30,079 bases of DNA from Candidatus Iainarchaeum sp. (GCA_038736825.1 JAVYME010000009.1:1-30079), one strand, 5' to 3'. Positions 7,930 through 16,448 are shown, numbered from the stretch's first letter. A program made the numbers and translations. The notes: a model not told the origin generated them from the sequence alone.

Positions 7930-8475
7930 CTATTCAGAGAAAAATATTTTTTCCAGCAAGGAGTATTTTGGGCCCTGTGGTGTCAAAACTGATTGCATGA
8001 CATCAAGTGATTCCGCTTTTATTGCCTCGCAAAAGTTTTTCTTTTCCAGTCCTGCAATTGTTTTTTCAAAATCAGCGCCCTTCATCCATTTGTTTCTTGC
8101 CAGGGTTATGTGAGGGTGAAATTTTTCATCTCTTAACCCCAGTGCGTCATCTATTTTGTATCCCAACTCGCTTAATTCTCTTGCCCCTTTTCCGATGCCA
8201 AGCCATAAAACCCTTTTATGGAAATGCCCAATTCCTTTCAATTCTATTTCAAATTTTTTTGTTTTTTTTGCAAACTCCAGTTTTTTGATTGTTTCCTCCA
8301 ATGCTTTTTCTCCCAAGTATCCCAAAAATTTCATGGTAATGTGCAGGTTTTCTCTTTCCACTGCTTTAATGCCCTCGCTGGGAAGCCATGACAGCAATTC
8401 GCTTGCAATCCTGTCTTTTGTTTTTTCAGGCAAGTTCACTGCAATGAAAACCCTTATTGGCTCGCTCATTTGCAT
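7930..8475 (-). CDS. thpR: RNA 2',3'-cyclic phosphodiesterase (2H phosphoesterase, ThpR/LigT family)
   Basis: 181 aa with two H-x-T motifs (LHITMKF and HPHITLAR) at the expected spacing. The start lies 1 nt after the taw3 stop. Confidence 0.85.
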   Translation of the reverse strand: MQMSEPIRVFIAVNLPEKTKDRIASELLSWLPSEGIKAVERENLHITMKFLGYLGEKALEETIKKLEFAKKTKKFEIELKGIGHFHKRVLWLGIGKGARELSELGYKIDDALGLRDEKFHPHITLARNKWMKGADFEKTIAGLEKKNFCEAIKAESLDVMQSVLTPQGPKYSLLEKIFFSE

Positions 8476-8476
8476 C

Positions 8477-9079
8477 TCACAACAATTCTTTTCTTACAAT
8501 TTTTTCAAACTCTTTCACTCTTGCATAATTGAAGCCTATTTTTTTGTCGGCTTCAAGCACTGTTTCTTTTATGAATTCTTCAGGGGCAAGTATTTTGTTG
8601 CCGCGTTTTACGAGCACTGCCAGTTCCTCGGTGCCTATGAGTTCCACAATGAATTTTCCGGGTTTTGCGGTTATTATGCCGCCTCTTTTTATTCCGCTCT
8701 TGTCTTTCAATGAAAGAATTTTTTTAGCATTTTCAAGCGAGTTTGTTCCAATGTGGATTATGAATGGCTCCATTTTCAGCCATATTTCGCCCTTGGTTGG
8801 CTCTTTTAATGCTTTAATTACTTCCAAGGGTTGCACTTTTTCATGCCATTTTCTGTGAAAATAACTGTTTTTTTTGCTTTTGTCCAAAAGCCCCAGCAAT
8901 AGGATTCTTCCACTGCAACCTGAAGAGGTGAAAAAGTTTTTTCTTGACGAAATATAGTCGCATAATCCAATCATTTCTTTGTCTATTTTTCCCTCCTCTT
9001 TTGCTTTTTGGAGAGTGCCAGCATGCCGTTTTTTAACCATGGAAAAGCGAGTTTTTGTGGTTTTCCTGTTTTCGCTCAT
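8477..9079 (-). CDS. taw3: tRNA wybutosine/wyosine-synthesizing protein 3 (Taw3/TYW3-type methyltransferase)
   Basis: About 200 aa. FFTSSGCSGRILLL is the family signature (TSSCSGRI), preceded by KIDKEMIGLCDYIS. The ATG at 9077-9079 overlaps the upstream stop (TGATG). Confidence 0.75.
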   Translation of the reverse strand: MSENRKTTKTRFSMVKKRHAGTLQKAKEEGKIDKEMIGLCDYISSRKNFFTSSGCSGRILLLGLLDKSKKNSYFHRKWHEKVQPLEVIKALKEPTKGEIWLKMEPFIIHIGTNSLENAKKILSLKDKSGIKRGGIITAKPGKFIVELIGTEELAVLVKRGNKILAPEEFIKETVLEADKKIGFNYARVKEFEKIVRKELL

Positions 9080-9711
9080 CAAAAAAGCTCCGCTTCAGGT
9101 TTTTTTCCTTTTTCAATTTCGACAATTGCAGCGCAGCCCTCTTTTGCAGGGCCAGCGTTCACGCAAAGCGTTTTTCCAATCCATTCTGTGTTGCGGGATT
9201 CGTGTGCGTGCCCGCACAAATGCAATGCTGGTTTTTTTTCAAGCAAGATTTTTCTTATTGCATTGCTTCCAATATGGCGTTCGCCTGCAATGTCTATATG
9301 GCTGTTTTTTGGAGGCAAGTGTGTTACAAGAATGCAGTCCTTTAATGCAAGCGGTGTCAGCAAGCGCTCTATTTCTTTTTCAGTGTACTTTGTTTCGCCA
9401 GCCTCTCCTGAAAGACCGCCACCAATTCCTGTAAAGACAAAGCCCTTGAATTCCCTTTTTTTGCAGTGCAGTGAAGCGTTTATTTCTTCCATTGCTGAAA
9501 GTGTTTCCAGAGAATCCATGTTTCCGGGCACTGCAAAAATTTCCGCAAAGGAAAGGATTTCAAGGAGTGCCAGGGCTTCCTCTTTGCTGCCAAGGGTTGT
9601 AAGATCGCCTGCCACTACAACTGCGTCTGCTTTTTTTGCCAGTGGTTTTTGCACTATTTCCCTTAAAGCGCTTGTTTTTCCATGAATATCGCTCAAAACA
9701 AGAATTTTCAT
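9079..9711 (-). CDS. Calcineurin-like metallophosphoesterase (YfcE/MJ0936-like)
   Basis: 210 aa with DIHG, AGDLT, GNMD, THLPP and CGHAHE motifs in canonical order. Confidence 0.8.
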   Translation of the reverse strand: MKILVLSDIHGKTSALREIVQKPLAKKADAVVVAGDLTTLGSKEEALALLEILSFAEIFAVPGNMDSLETLSAMEEINASLHCKKREFKGFVFTGIGGGLSGEAGETKYTEKEIERLLTPLALKDCILVTHLPPKNSHIDIAGERHIGSNAIRKILLEKKPALHLCGHAHESRNTEWIGKTLCVNAGPAKEGCAAIVEIEKGKKPEAELF

Positions 9712-9780
9712 TTTTTTTCCCTTTTTTTGCTGCGAAGGTTTTTATTACTTTTTTCAGGTTAATGTAATTGGGGGAGCCAT

Positions 9781-10569
9781 TTGTTTAAAAGGATTTTATT
9801 TGCATTATCAATTCTTTCTTTTCTGGCTTGCGCTAATGCAACAATAGTCATCCTCAAACCCGTTTATTCTGTTGTAGAGCCAGGGCAAACAATCCAAGTT
9901 GGTTCTGTTATGAGGGGAGAAAGGCTATTGCTGGTAATAGACAGAAATGCTTATTTTCACACTTGGACTGATGCCTTTGTAGACAAGGGCTTGCTTGGCA
10001 AGGATTGGACTGTATTGCCAGCAAGAGTGGAAAGCACTTCTATTTCTATTGAGGTTGTGGTTCCATCAAATGCAGAGTTTAGATCGCAAACAATATCGCT
10101 TACCTTGTCAGACAAACAGACAGGAATAGAGGAAACAGCCGCCATAGCGGTGTTGGTTGAAAAAGGACTGGTTTCAGTGCAACTGCCAGTTCAAATGAAA
10201 ACAGCAAGGGTTGGCGAAACAGTTTGCTATCCAATTATTTTGCAAAACTGGAGCGTTTCCTCACACAAAGTTTTTGTTTCAAGTTCCCTGCCAAGCTATT
10301 GGTTTTCAGGAATTGAAAAAGAAATAAAGCCAAAGGACTTTGCAGAAGTTGAAGCCTGCATTGAGGCCAAAGTCATAGGTTCAAGGGATTTCGATTTCTT
10401 TGTTGATTCCCTGGAATCAAGTGAAAGACTGCAATCAAGAAAAGCCTCAATAGAAGTGCTGCCAACAATTCAAGGAAAGTATGCGGCTGCCTTGAACGGC
10501 TTGCCTTTCTACATGCCAACCCTTTTGCCATACTTTCTCTTAGATTCAATTTTTTCCTTTTTGCGCTAG
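9781..10569 (+). CDS. Secreted / membrane-anchored hypothetical protein (two beta-sandwich-like halves)
   Basis: N-terminal signal peptide MFKRILFALSILSFLACANA and a hydrophobic C-terminal tail (LPFYMPTLLPYFLLDSIFSFL). TTG start preceded by GGGGGAG. No family recognised. Confidence 0.6.
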   Translation: MFKRILFALSILSFLACANATIVILKPVYSVVEPGQTIQVGSVMRGERLLLVIDRNAYFHTWTDAFVDKGLLGKDWTVLPARVESTSISIEVVVPSNAEFRSQTISLTLSDKQTGIEETAAIAVLVEKGLVSVQLPVQMKTARVGETVCYPIILQNWSVSSHKVFVSSSLPSYWFSGIEKEIKPKDFAEVEACIEAKVIGSRDFDFFVDSLESSERLQSRKASIEVLPTIQGKYAAALNGLPFYMPTLLPYFLLDSIFSFLR

Positions 10570-10575
10570 ACTGTA

Positions 10576-12165
10576 GTGAAAAAAATGGGTTTTCTTGGCT
10601 TTTGCCTTGAAATTGTTTCCCTTTTAAACAAAGGAAAAATTTCAAGCCGGCATGAATTAAACAAGTGGAAGGCAAAGCTTGCTGAAAAGCATGGCTTGAA
10701 AGAAATGCCTTCAAACCCTCAAATTCTTTGCAGTGGCATTCCAATTTCAGATAAAGCCAGGGCTTTGCTTTGCAAAAAACCCGTGCGAAGCATGAGCGGC
10801 ATAACCGTTGTGGCAGTAATGGTTCCACCCCACAAGTGCCCTGGCGAATGCATTTATTGCCCGTCCAGCCTTGTTGACTCGCTTACCCCAAAAAGCTATA
10901 CTGGAAGAGAGCCAGCCACAATGCGCGCAATTCAAGCCAACTTTAAACCATCATTGCAGGTCAGAGAGCGCTTGAAACAGCTTGAAGAAACAGGGCACAC
11001 AATTTCAAAAGCCGAACTTATTGTAATGGGTGGAACCTTTTTCTCTCAAACAAAAAAACAAAGAGAAAAATTTGTGCTTGAAACAATAAATGCAGTAACC
11101 GGCAAAAAATCAAAATCGATTGATATGGCAAGACAAGCAGCAGAAAAATCAAAAACCCGCATAACCGGCATGACCTTTGAAACAAGGCCTGATTTTTGCT
11201 CTAAAAACCATGTCAGCGAAATGCTTTACTATGGTGGCACGCGCTGCGAGCTTGGAGTGCAAACATTGGATGACGCGGTTTATGAAAGAATTAAGCGGGG
11301 GCACACCGTTAAAGATGTTGTTTTGGCAACCAAAAACTTGAAGGATGCTGGCTTTAAGGTATTGTATCATGCAATGCCAGGACTTCCATCAACATCTCCA
11401 ACTGCAGACTTTGCATCTTTCAAGAAAATGTTTTCCTCTGAAATGTTCAAGCCAGACATGCTGAAAATTTATCCTTGCCTTGTAATAAAAGGCACTCCTC
11501 TTTACAACGATTTTCTTGAAGGAAAATTCAAGCCGATGACTGAAAGGCAAGCTGTTAAACTTATATTGCGCGTGAAAAAAATTATTCCAAGATGGGTTAG
11601 AATAATGCGAGTGCAAAGGGATATTCCTGTTTCCCTTGTAGAGGGCGGCATAAAACACAGCAATCTCAGGCAGATTGTGGAAAGAGAAATGAAAAGGAAA
11701 GGGCTTGAATGCAATTGCATAAGGTGCCGAGAGGCTGCACTAAAAAAATACAAGGAAGGCATTTCCATTAAAACAGAAAACGCCAAGCTTTTCAGGGAAG
11801 ACTATAGGGCAAGCGATGGAACAGAAGTGTTCCTTTCTTTAGAGAACCCTTCAAGAAAGGCTCTTTTTGGTTATTGCCGGCTTAGGATTCCAGACAATTC
11901 TTATAGAAAAGAAATAGGTTCAGATGGGGCAATTGTGCGCGAACTAAGGGTTTTTGGAGAACCCTTGGTTTTGGGGGAAAGAAAGCCTGAAGCACTCCAA
12001 CACAAGGGTTTTGGTGCAAGGCTTTTCAGTGAGGCTGAAAAAATCGCCAGCGAGGAATTTGATAGAAAAAAATTGCTAGTGATTGCCGGCTTGGGTGTTC
12101 GCGAATACTATAGAAAAAAATTTGGTTGCAAAAACGATGGCTTTTATGTTTCAAAGCCCATTTAA
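10576..12165 (+). CDS. elp3: Elp3-type radical-SAM/GNAT tRNA U34 modification enzyme
   Basis: 529 aa. Radical-SAM cysteine motif CPGECIYCP and C-terminal GNAT region with QHKGFGARLFSEAEKIA. GTG start; ATG alternative at 10585. Confidence 0.9.
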   Translation: MKKMGFLGFCLEIVSLLNKGKISSRHELNKWKAKLAEKHGLKEMPSNPQILCSGIPISDKARALLCKKPVRSMSGITVVAVMVPPHKCPGECIYCPSSLVDSLTPKSYTGREPATMRAIQANFKPSLQVRERLKQLEETGHTISKAELIVMGGTFFSQTKKQREKFVLETINAVTGKKSKSIDMARQAAEKSKTRITGMTFETRPDFCSKNHVSEMLYYGGTRCELGVQTLDDAVYERIKRGHTVKDVVLATKNLKDAGFKVLYHAMPGLPSTSPTADFASFKKMFSSEMFKPDMLKIYPCLVIKGTPLYNDFLEGKFKPMTERQAVKLILRVKKIIPRWVRIMRVQRDIPVSLVEGGIKHSNLRQIVEREMKRKGLECNCIRCREAALKKYKEGISIKTENAKLFREDYRASDGTEVFLSLENPSRKALFGYCRLRIPDNSYRKEIGSDGAIVRELRVFGEPLVLGERKPEALQHKGFGARLFSEAEKIASEEFDRKKLLVIAGLGVREYYRKKFGCKNDGFYVSKPI

Positions 12166-12218
12166 GGCAAAAACTTGATTGCAAAAAATTTAATATAACA
12201 ATCCATTTATTCTATTTT

Positions 12219-12572
12219 ATGAGCGAGCCTAATGAAGAGCTAAAAGACGGCAGTTCAAGCGTTCCCACAGAACTGGTTAGTTTTTTAGAGCAAAATCCAG
12301 CATATTACCCTGTTTTTAGGTCAAACTTGTGCATTCTCTTGTTGAAGTCTATTTCTGAAAAGGCAAAAAACCTCACAATGCTCAAAGCAGAGTTTCCAAA
12401 GCTTAGCCAAGAAGACCTTTCGGATTTGGTTCACACTCTTGTTTCTGTTGGAGCGGTTTCTTATTTTGATGCCGGATCAAACCGCTTTTTTTACATAAAC
12501 GATAGTGGAAGGTTTTTCCTTTCAATTTATGAACACGCCAAGGAAGAATTTGTTGGCTTGAGCACAGACTGA
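12219..12572 (+). CDS. Small hypothetical protein, probable winged-helix DNA-binding fold
   Basis: Start moved to the ATG at 12219, because the track ORF start overlaps elp3. An AT-rich TTTAATATAA box lies about 25 nt upstream. A helix-helix-helix-beta hairpin pattern (LCILLLKSI / NLTMLKAEF / QEDLSDLVHTLVSVGAV / FFYINDSGRFF) suggests wHTH, by pattern only. Confidence 0.55.
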   Translation: MSEPNEELKDGSSSVPTELVSFLEQNPAYYPVFRSNLCILLLKSISEKAKNLTMLKAEFPKLSQEDLSDLVHTLVSVGAVSYFDAGSNRFFYINDSGRFFLSIYEHAKEEFVGLSTD

Positions 12573-12673
12573 ACAATTTTTTTCAAAAAATGCTTTTTTT
12601 TTGGGTTTTAGTATGCCTTTTAAGGGTTTCCATATAGGTTTCAATAAATATATTAATTTATTGGAGTGGTTTT

Positions 12674-13021
12674 ATGACAAGGGTTTTTGTTGCTACTTTG
12701 GGAAAAGGGAGAGGCACATGGGGGCATGTTGCAAGGCTAATACAAGAAGAGCAATGGGATAAAATCTTGCTGATAAGCAATGAGTTTTGTCAAGAAAACT
12801 TTAAGCCAGCAAAAGAGGTTTCCTGGGTTTTAGTGAACAGTCGCACTGGTTTTGAAGCAATAAAGGATTCCATCAAGGCAGCCTTGCCTGAAGGCGAAAT
12901 CCTTATATCGCTCATTTCAGGAATAGGGAAAGAACACATGGCTTTGCTTGCTGCATTAAGAGAAGCAGGCAGGGACTACAAGGTTGTAACCCTTACTGGA
13001 AATGGCACAAAAACCTATTAA
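12674..13021 (+). CDS. Small alpha/beta (Rossmann-like) protein, possible minimal CARF-like sensor domain
   Basis: 115 aa. ATG preceded by GGAGTGG. Alternating strand/helix pattern with VFVATLGKGRG after strand 1 and ISLISGIGKEHMALLAAL after strand 4. These resemble the two loop motifs of Csa3/CARF domains. The family assignment is tentative. Confidence 0.6.
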   Translation: MTRVFVATLGKGRGTWGHVARLIQEEQWDKILLISNEFCQENFKPAKEVSWVLVNSRTGFEAIKDSIKAALPEGEILISLISGIGKEHMALLAALREAGRDYKVVTLTGNGTKTY

Positions 13022-13022
13022 G

Positions 13023-13140
13023 CCATTCCTCCCCCTGCACTAAAACCACGTCTCTAAGCACTCTGCTTTGAGCTTTGCTCGAAGTCTCGCCAAAACCTTT
13101 GTGGTTTTGCCGATGTTTTGAGGTGTGGTCTTGCGTTGCT
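13023..13140. ncRNA. Candidate structured RNA / regulatory element in a GC-enriched spacer
   Basis: The spacer is visibly more GC-rich than the flanking AT-rich intergenic DNA. Two adjacent hairpins: 13066-13084 (CTTTGAGC-TTT-GCTCGAAG) and 13091-13109 (CAAAACC-TTTGT-GGTTTTG). AAAACCAC (13042-13049) can pair alternatively with GTGGTTTT (13101-13108). T-runs follow at 13183-13210. Strand and class unknown. Confidence 0.2.
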
Positions 13141-13216
13141 CCTAATAAAATGCAATTTTCTTTAACAGGCAAAAAACACATTGTTTTTTTTGTTTTTTGC
13201 AGTTTTTTTTGCTTTA

Positions 13217-13576
13217 ATGCTTGAAATATTTCTGGCATTAATTGCCTTATTGCTTGCGTTTTTTCTTTTCCTTTTTTATCGCAAAACGCAAGCCCTTCAA
13301 GCAGAACTCGACGAGCTTGCATCAAAAAAGCAGTCTATGAGCACGCGTTATGGGCAGCTCACAGAACAATGGCTTCCTCTCATGGACTCCTTTCCCTATG
13401 ATCCAAAAAATTTTCGCTTTTTGGGTTCGCCAATAGACGGCATTGCATTCAACGAGGACAAAATTGTTTTTTGCGAGTTCAAGTTTTCAAGTTCCACTCT
13501 TACACCCAAAGAAAAAAACATAAAGCGCTTGGTGGAAGAGGGAAAAGTGGAATGGAAGGAATTCAGCGTAAAATGA
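13217..13576 (+). CDS. Membrane-anchored PD-(D/E)xK nuclease related to Holliday junction resolvase Hjc (Endonuc-Holl / COG4741-like)
   Basis: ATG at 13217 is preferred over the TTG at 13181, which lies inside a T-run. One N-terminal TM helix (LEIFLALIALLLAFFLFLF), a short coiled coil, then SPIDGIAF ... IVFCEFKF (D ... E-x-K core). Confidence 0.65.
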   Translation: MLEIFLALIALLLAFFLFLFYRKTQALQAELDELASKKQSMSTRYGQLTEQWLPLMDSFPYDPKNFRFLGSPIDGIAFNEDKIVFCEFKFSSSTLTPKEKNIKRLVEEGKVEWKEFSVK

Positions 13577-13580
13577 TTTT

Positions 13581-14618
13581 TTATTCAACTTTGTAGCGAA
13601 GCAATGCCGCTATTTTTCCAATTCCTTCCAGTTTTTTTCCCGGATCATGTTCTGAATTAAAGATATGGATTTCAGCACGCATATGCTCTGCTTTTTCCAA
13701 TAATGGTGATATTTTGTCTCGTTCCTCGCCCAAAAACCTGTCCAATACAAGCAATTCCTCCACAGCACCCAAATCCACTGCTTTTGCAACCTCTTCCAAG
13801 CCGTAAGCGGCTTTTCCAGTGTTTTTTCCAATTGCCTCCATTACCTTTTCAATGAGCATTGCTTCCTTTGTTATTTCCGCGTCTTCCACTATTTTTGCCA
13901 GAGCGGTTCCTTTCAGCAATTCGTTCACTCCAGTCAAGCCAGTGGAATTAGTGTTTTCAACAAATATTTTTCCAGCAAAATTTTTCTCCTTTAAGAATTC
14001 CTGCACTTCGTTTTTTGTAAAGCCAGGGCCTGCCAGGACAACAGTTTCAGCGCCAGAGTCAATTATTGTTTTTGCAATGTTTCCATAGAATTCCTTTTTC
14101 CAGTTTCCTTCCTCGAATTGTTTTCCTGCCTTGCCTGAATGAATGCTGCCTTTTTCCTCAAAGCCGAATTCTTTCATGAGTGCAAAGCTGGCGCTCTCGT
14201 CATCCAAAACTGCGACAAGCACTGGCTTTTTGTGGGATGCCTTTTGTGCCTTTTGCAGCCTTTCAATCTGGTCCTTGCGGAACTTTTTTTTCTGCAAGTG
14301 AAGTTTTCTGTTTTGCTCTATTTCCAGGGAGTGCATTGCCCCCAATTCTATTAGTTCTTCTGGTTTTCCGCTCTTGATGATTCCCTGCACTCTCAGCAAG
14401 CCAGAAAATTTGTCAAATTCAATGCTTTTTACCTCTATTTCAATGAAAAGGTTTTCTCTTCTTGTTTTTTCCCCTTCTTCGCCCTTTATTTTGCGCGTGG
14501 TCCTTCCCTTTACCAAGTCACCGCGCTCTATTATGTGGCTCAAATGCCATAAATCGTCACGGCTTTCTGGCATTATTTCAGCAATAGAGTGAAAGCGGTC
14601 CATCCTCAAGAGTTTCAT
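13581..14618 (-). CDS. pelA: Pelota (aDom34) mRNA surveillance / ribosome rescue factor
   Basis: 345 aa. N-terminal DDLWHLSHIIERGDLV motif and eRF1-like central and C-terminal domains by length and pattern. Confidence 0.88.
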   Translation of the reverse strand: MKLLRMDRFHSIAEIMPESRDDLWHLSHIIERGDLVKGRTTRKIKGEEGEKTRRENLFIEIEVKSIEFDKFSGLLRVQGIIKSGKPEELIELGAMHSLEIEQNRKLHLQKKKFRKDQIERLQKAQKASHKKPVLVAVLDDESASFALMKEFGFEEKGSIHSGKAGKQFEEGNWKKEFYGNIAKTIIDSGAETVVLAGPGFTKNEVQEFLKEKNFAGKIFVENTNSTGLTGVNELLKGTALAKIVEDAEITKEAMLIEKVMEAIGKNTGKAAYGLEEVAKAVDLGAVEELLVLDRFLGEERDKISPLLEKAEHMRAEIHIFNSEHDPGKKLEGIGKIAALLRYKVE

Positions 14619-14672
14619 ACTAATCGCTTTGGTTGAAAAGCAATTAAAACCCTTTTACCACTGTTTCATAGT

Positions 14673-16448
14673 ATGATAAAAAAAGAGAACAGCGAGCAAA
14701 TTCGCATAGCAGTAATAGATTTCAAAAAATGTTCTTCAGAGAAATGCAACTGGCTTTGCTTTCGCTTTTGCCCAGTGAATCGCTTGGACAAAGAATGCAT
14801 TGTAAAAGCTGAAGACCTAAAGCCAAGGATTTCAGAAAAATTATGCACTGCTTGCAAGATTTGCGTGCACAAGTGCCCTTTCAAGGCAATAAGCATAGTT
14901 AATCTTTCCCCGAAACTTGGCAACGCAGTTCACTCTTACGGTCAAAACAAATACCGCTTGTATGGTTTGCCGGTTCCATCCAAAGGCGCTGTTGTCGGCT
15001 TAATTGGAAGGAACGGCATAGGCAAAACAACCGCGCTGAAAATTTTGTCTGGAAAATTGGTTCCAAGCATTGGTGAAGGAAAAGACTACAAGCCAGCAAT
15101 AGATTTCTTCAAAGGCTCTGAATTGCAAGCATATTTTACAATGCTTTCGCAAGGCGCTCTCAAAAGCTCTTTCAAACCACAAGACATAAACTCGATTCCG
15201 CAAGCATTTAAGGGGAGCGTGAAAGAACTCTTAAAGAAAATGGATGAAACCGCTCGTTTTAGTAATGCAGTCAAAGAACTAGAGCTTGAAAAAATTTTGA
15301 ACTCTGAAATCCACCTTATTTCGGGAGGCGAACTCCAGCGAGTGGCAATAGCTGCAGCAATGCTAAAAGACGCTGACTTTTATTTTTTTGACGAGCCTTC
15401 CAGCTATCTTGACGCCAGAGAGCGCTTGCGAATTGCAAAAATAATTCGTTCCCTTGCAGAACAAGGAAAATATGTAATGGTTGTAGAGCACGACCTTGCA
15501 GTACTTGACTATTTGAGTGACTACATTCACGTAATTTTCGGGGAAAAAGGCGTTTTCGGGGTAATAAGCGGGCGCATGAGCGCACGCAATGGAATCAACC
15601 AGTACTTGGAAGGCTATCTTAAAAGCGAAAACATTCGCTTTCGCGACAAAGAAATCAAATTCCATGTTAGTGCGCCAGTGGAATCAAAGGAAAAACCAGT
15701 TTTACTGGAATTCCCTGCCTTTGAAAAAAAATTCAAGTCATTTCACTTGGAAGCCGAGGGAGGCTATATGCGAAAAGGCGAAGTCTTGGGAGTGCTTGGC
15801 CCAAACGCAATAGGCAAAACGACTTTTGTAAAAGTCCTTGCAGGAGTCCTCAAGCCAGACAAGGGAAAAATTGATTTGGGGTTCAAGGTTTCCTACAAGC
15901 CACAGTACTTGAAGCCAGAAAAAGAAATGAGTGTAAGAGAGTTTTTTGACTTGCAAAAACTTGACAGGGTTCTCTTTGAATCCGAAGCAATGCACAGGTT
16001 TTCCTTGAACGAGTTAATGGAAAGAGATTTAGGGGAATTAAGCGGTGGAGAACTCCAAAAAGTGGCAGTGAGCGCTGCAATGTGCCGGGATGCCTCGCTT
16101 GTATTGCTTGACGAACCATCCGCATTCCTTGACATAGAGGAAAGACTGAATGCAGCTGACTTCATTCGCTCTGTCACCAACAAAAAAGAGAACGCTTGCT
16201 TGGTTGTAGACCACGACATTCTTTTCCAAGATTATTTGAGCGATCGCTTGCTGGTTTTTGAAGGAACTCCAGCAGTTAAAGGAAAAGCAATACAGCCGCT
16301 TCCAATGCGCGAAGGCATGAACAGGTTCCTTTCATCGCTTGGAATCACCTACCGGCGCGATCCAGAAACAGGCAGGCCTCGCGCAAACAAGCAGGGCTCA
16401 ACAAAAGATGAAGAACAAAAAAAGGAAAACAAATACTATTATGGTTAA
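14673..16448 (+). CDS. abce1: ABCE1 / RNase L inhibitor-type ribosome recycling ATPase
   Basis: 591 aa. N-terminal Fe-S cysteine clusters (CSSEKCNWLCFRFCP; CTACKICVHKCP). Two ABC cassettes (GRNGIGKTT / GPNAIGKTT; SGGELQR / SGGELQK; FFDEPSSYLD / LLDEPSAFLD). Confidence 0.93.
   Translation: MIKKENSEQIRIAVIDFKKCSSEKCNWLCFRFCPVNRLDKECIVKAEDLKPRISEKLCTACKICVHKCPFKAISIVNLSPKLGNAVHSYGQNKYRLYGLPVPSKGAVVGLIGRNGIGKTTALKILSGKLVPSIGEGKDYKPAIDFFKGSELQAYFTMLSQGALKSSFKPQDINSIPQAFKGSVKELLKKMDETARFSNAVKELELEKILNSEIHLISGGELQRVAIAAAMLKDADFYFFDEPSSYLDARERLRIAKIIRSLAEQGKYVMVVEHDLAVLDYLSDYIHVIFGEKGVFGVISGRMSARNGINQYLEGYLKSENIRFRDKEIKFHVSAPVESKEKPVLLEFPAFEKKFKSFHLEAEGGYMRKGEVLGVLGPNAIGKTTFVKVLAGVLKPDKGKIDLGFKVSYKPQYLKPEKEMSVREFFDLQKLDRVLFESEAMHRFSLNELMERDLGELSGGELQKVAVSAAMCRDASLVLLDEPSAFLDIEERLNAADFIRSVTNKKENACLVVDHDILFQDYLSDRLLVFEGTPAVKGKAIQPLPMREGMNRFLSSLGITYRRDPETGRPRANKQGSTKDEEQKKENKYYYG

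Noticed and set aside
9079-9711. Metallophosphoesterase as the missing Mre11 partner of Rad50.
   Set aside because: It is only 210 aa, with GNMD rather than the Mre11 GNHD/E motif and no room for the Mre11 capping and Rad50-binding domains. It is 5 kb from rad50 and translationally coupled to taw3 and thpR. It looks like a YfcE/MJ0936-type phosphodiesterase.
12993-13325. 110-aa minus-strand ORF spanning the GC-rich spacer.
   Set aside because: It overlaps the 3' end of the 115-aa gene and the 5' part of the nuclease gene on the opposite strand. Its product is basic and low-complexity with no motif. The region is better explained as non-coding structure.
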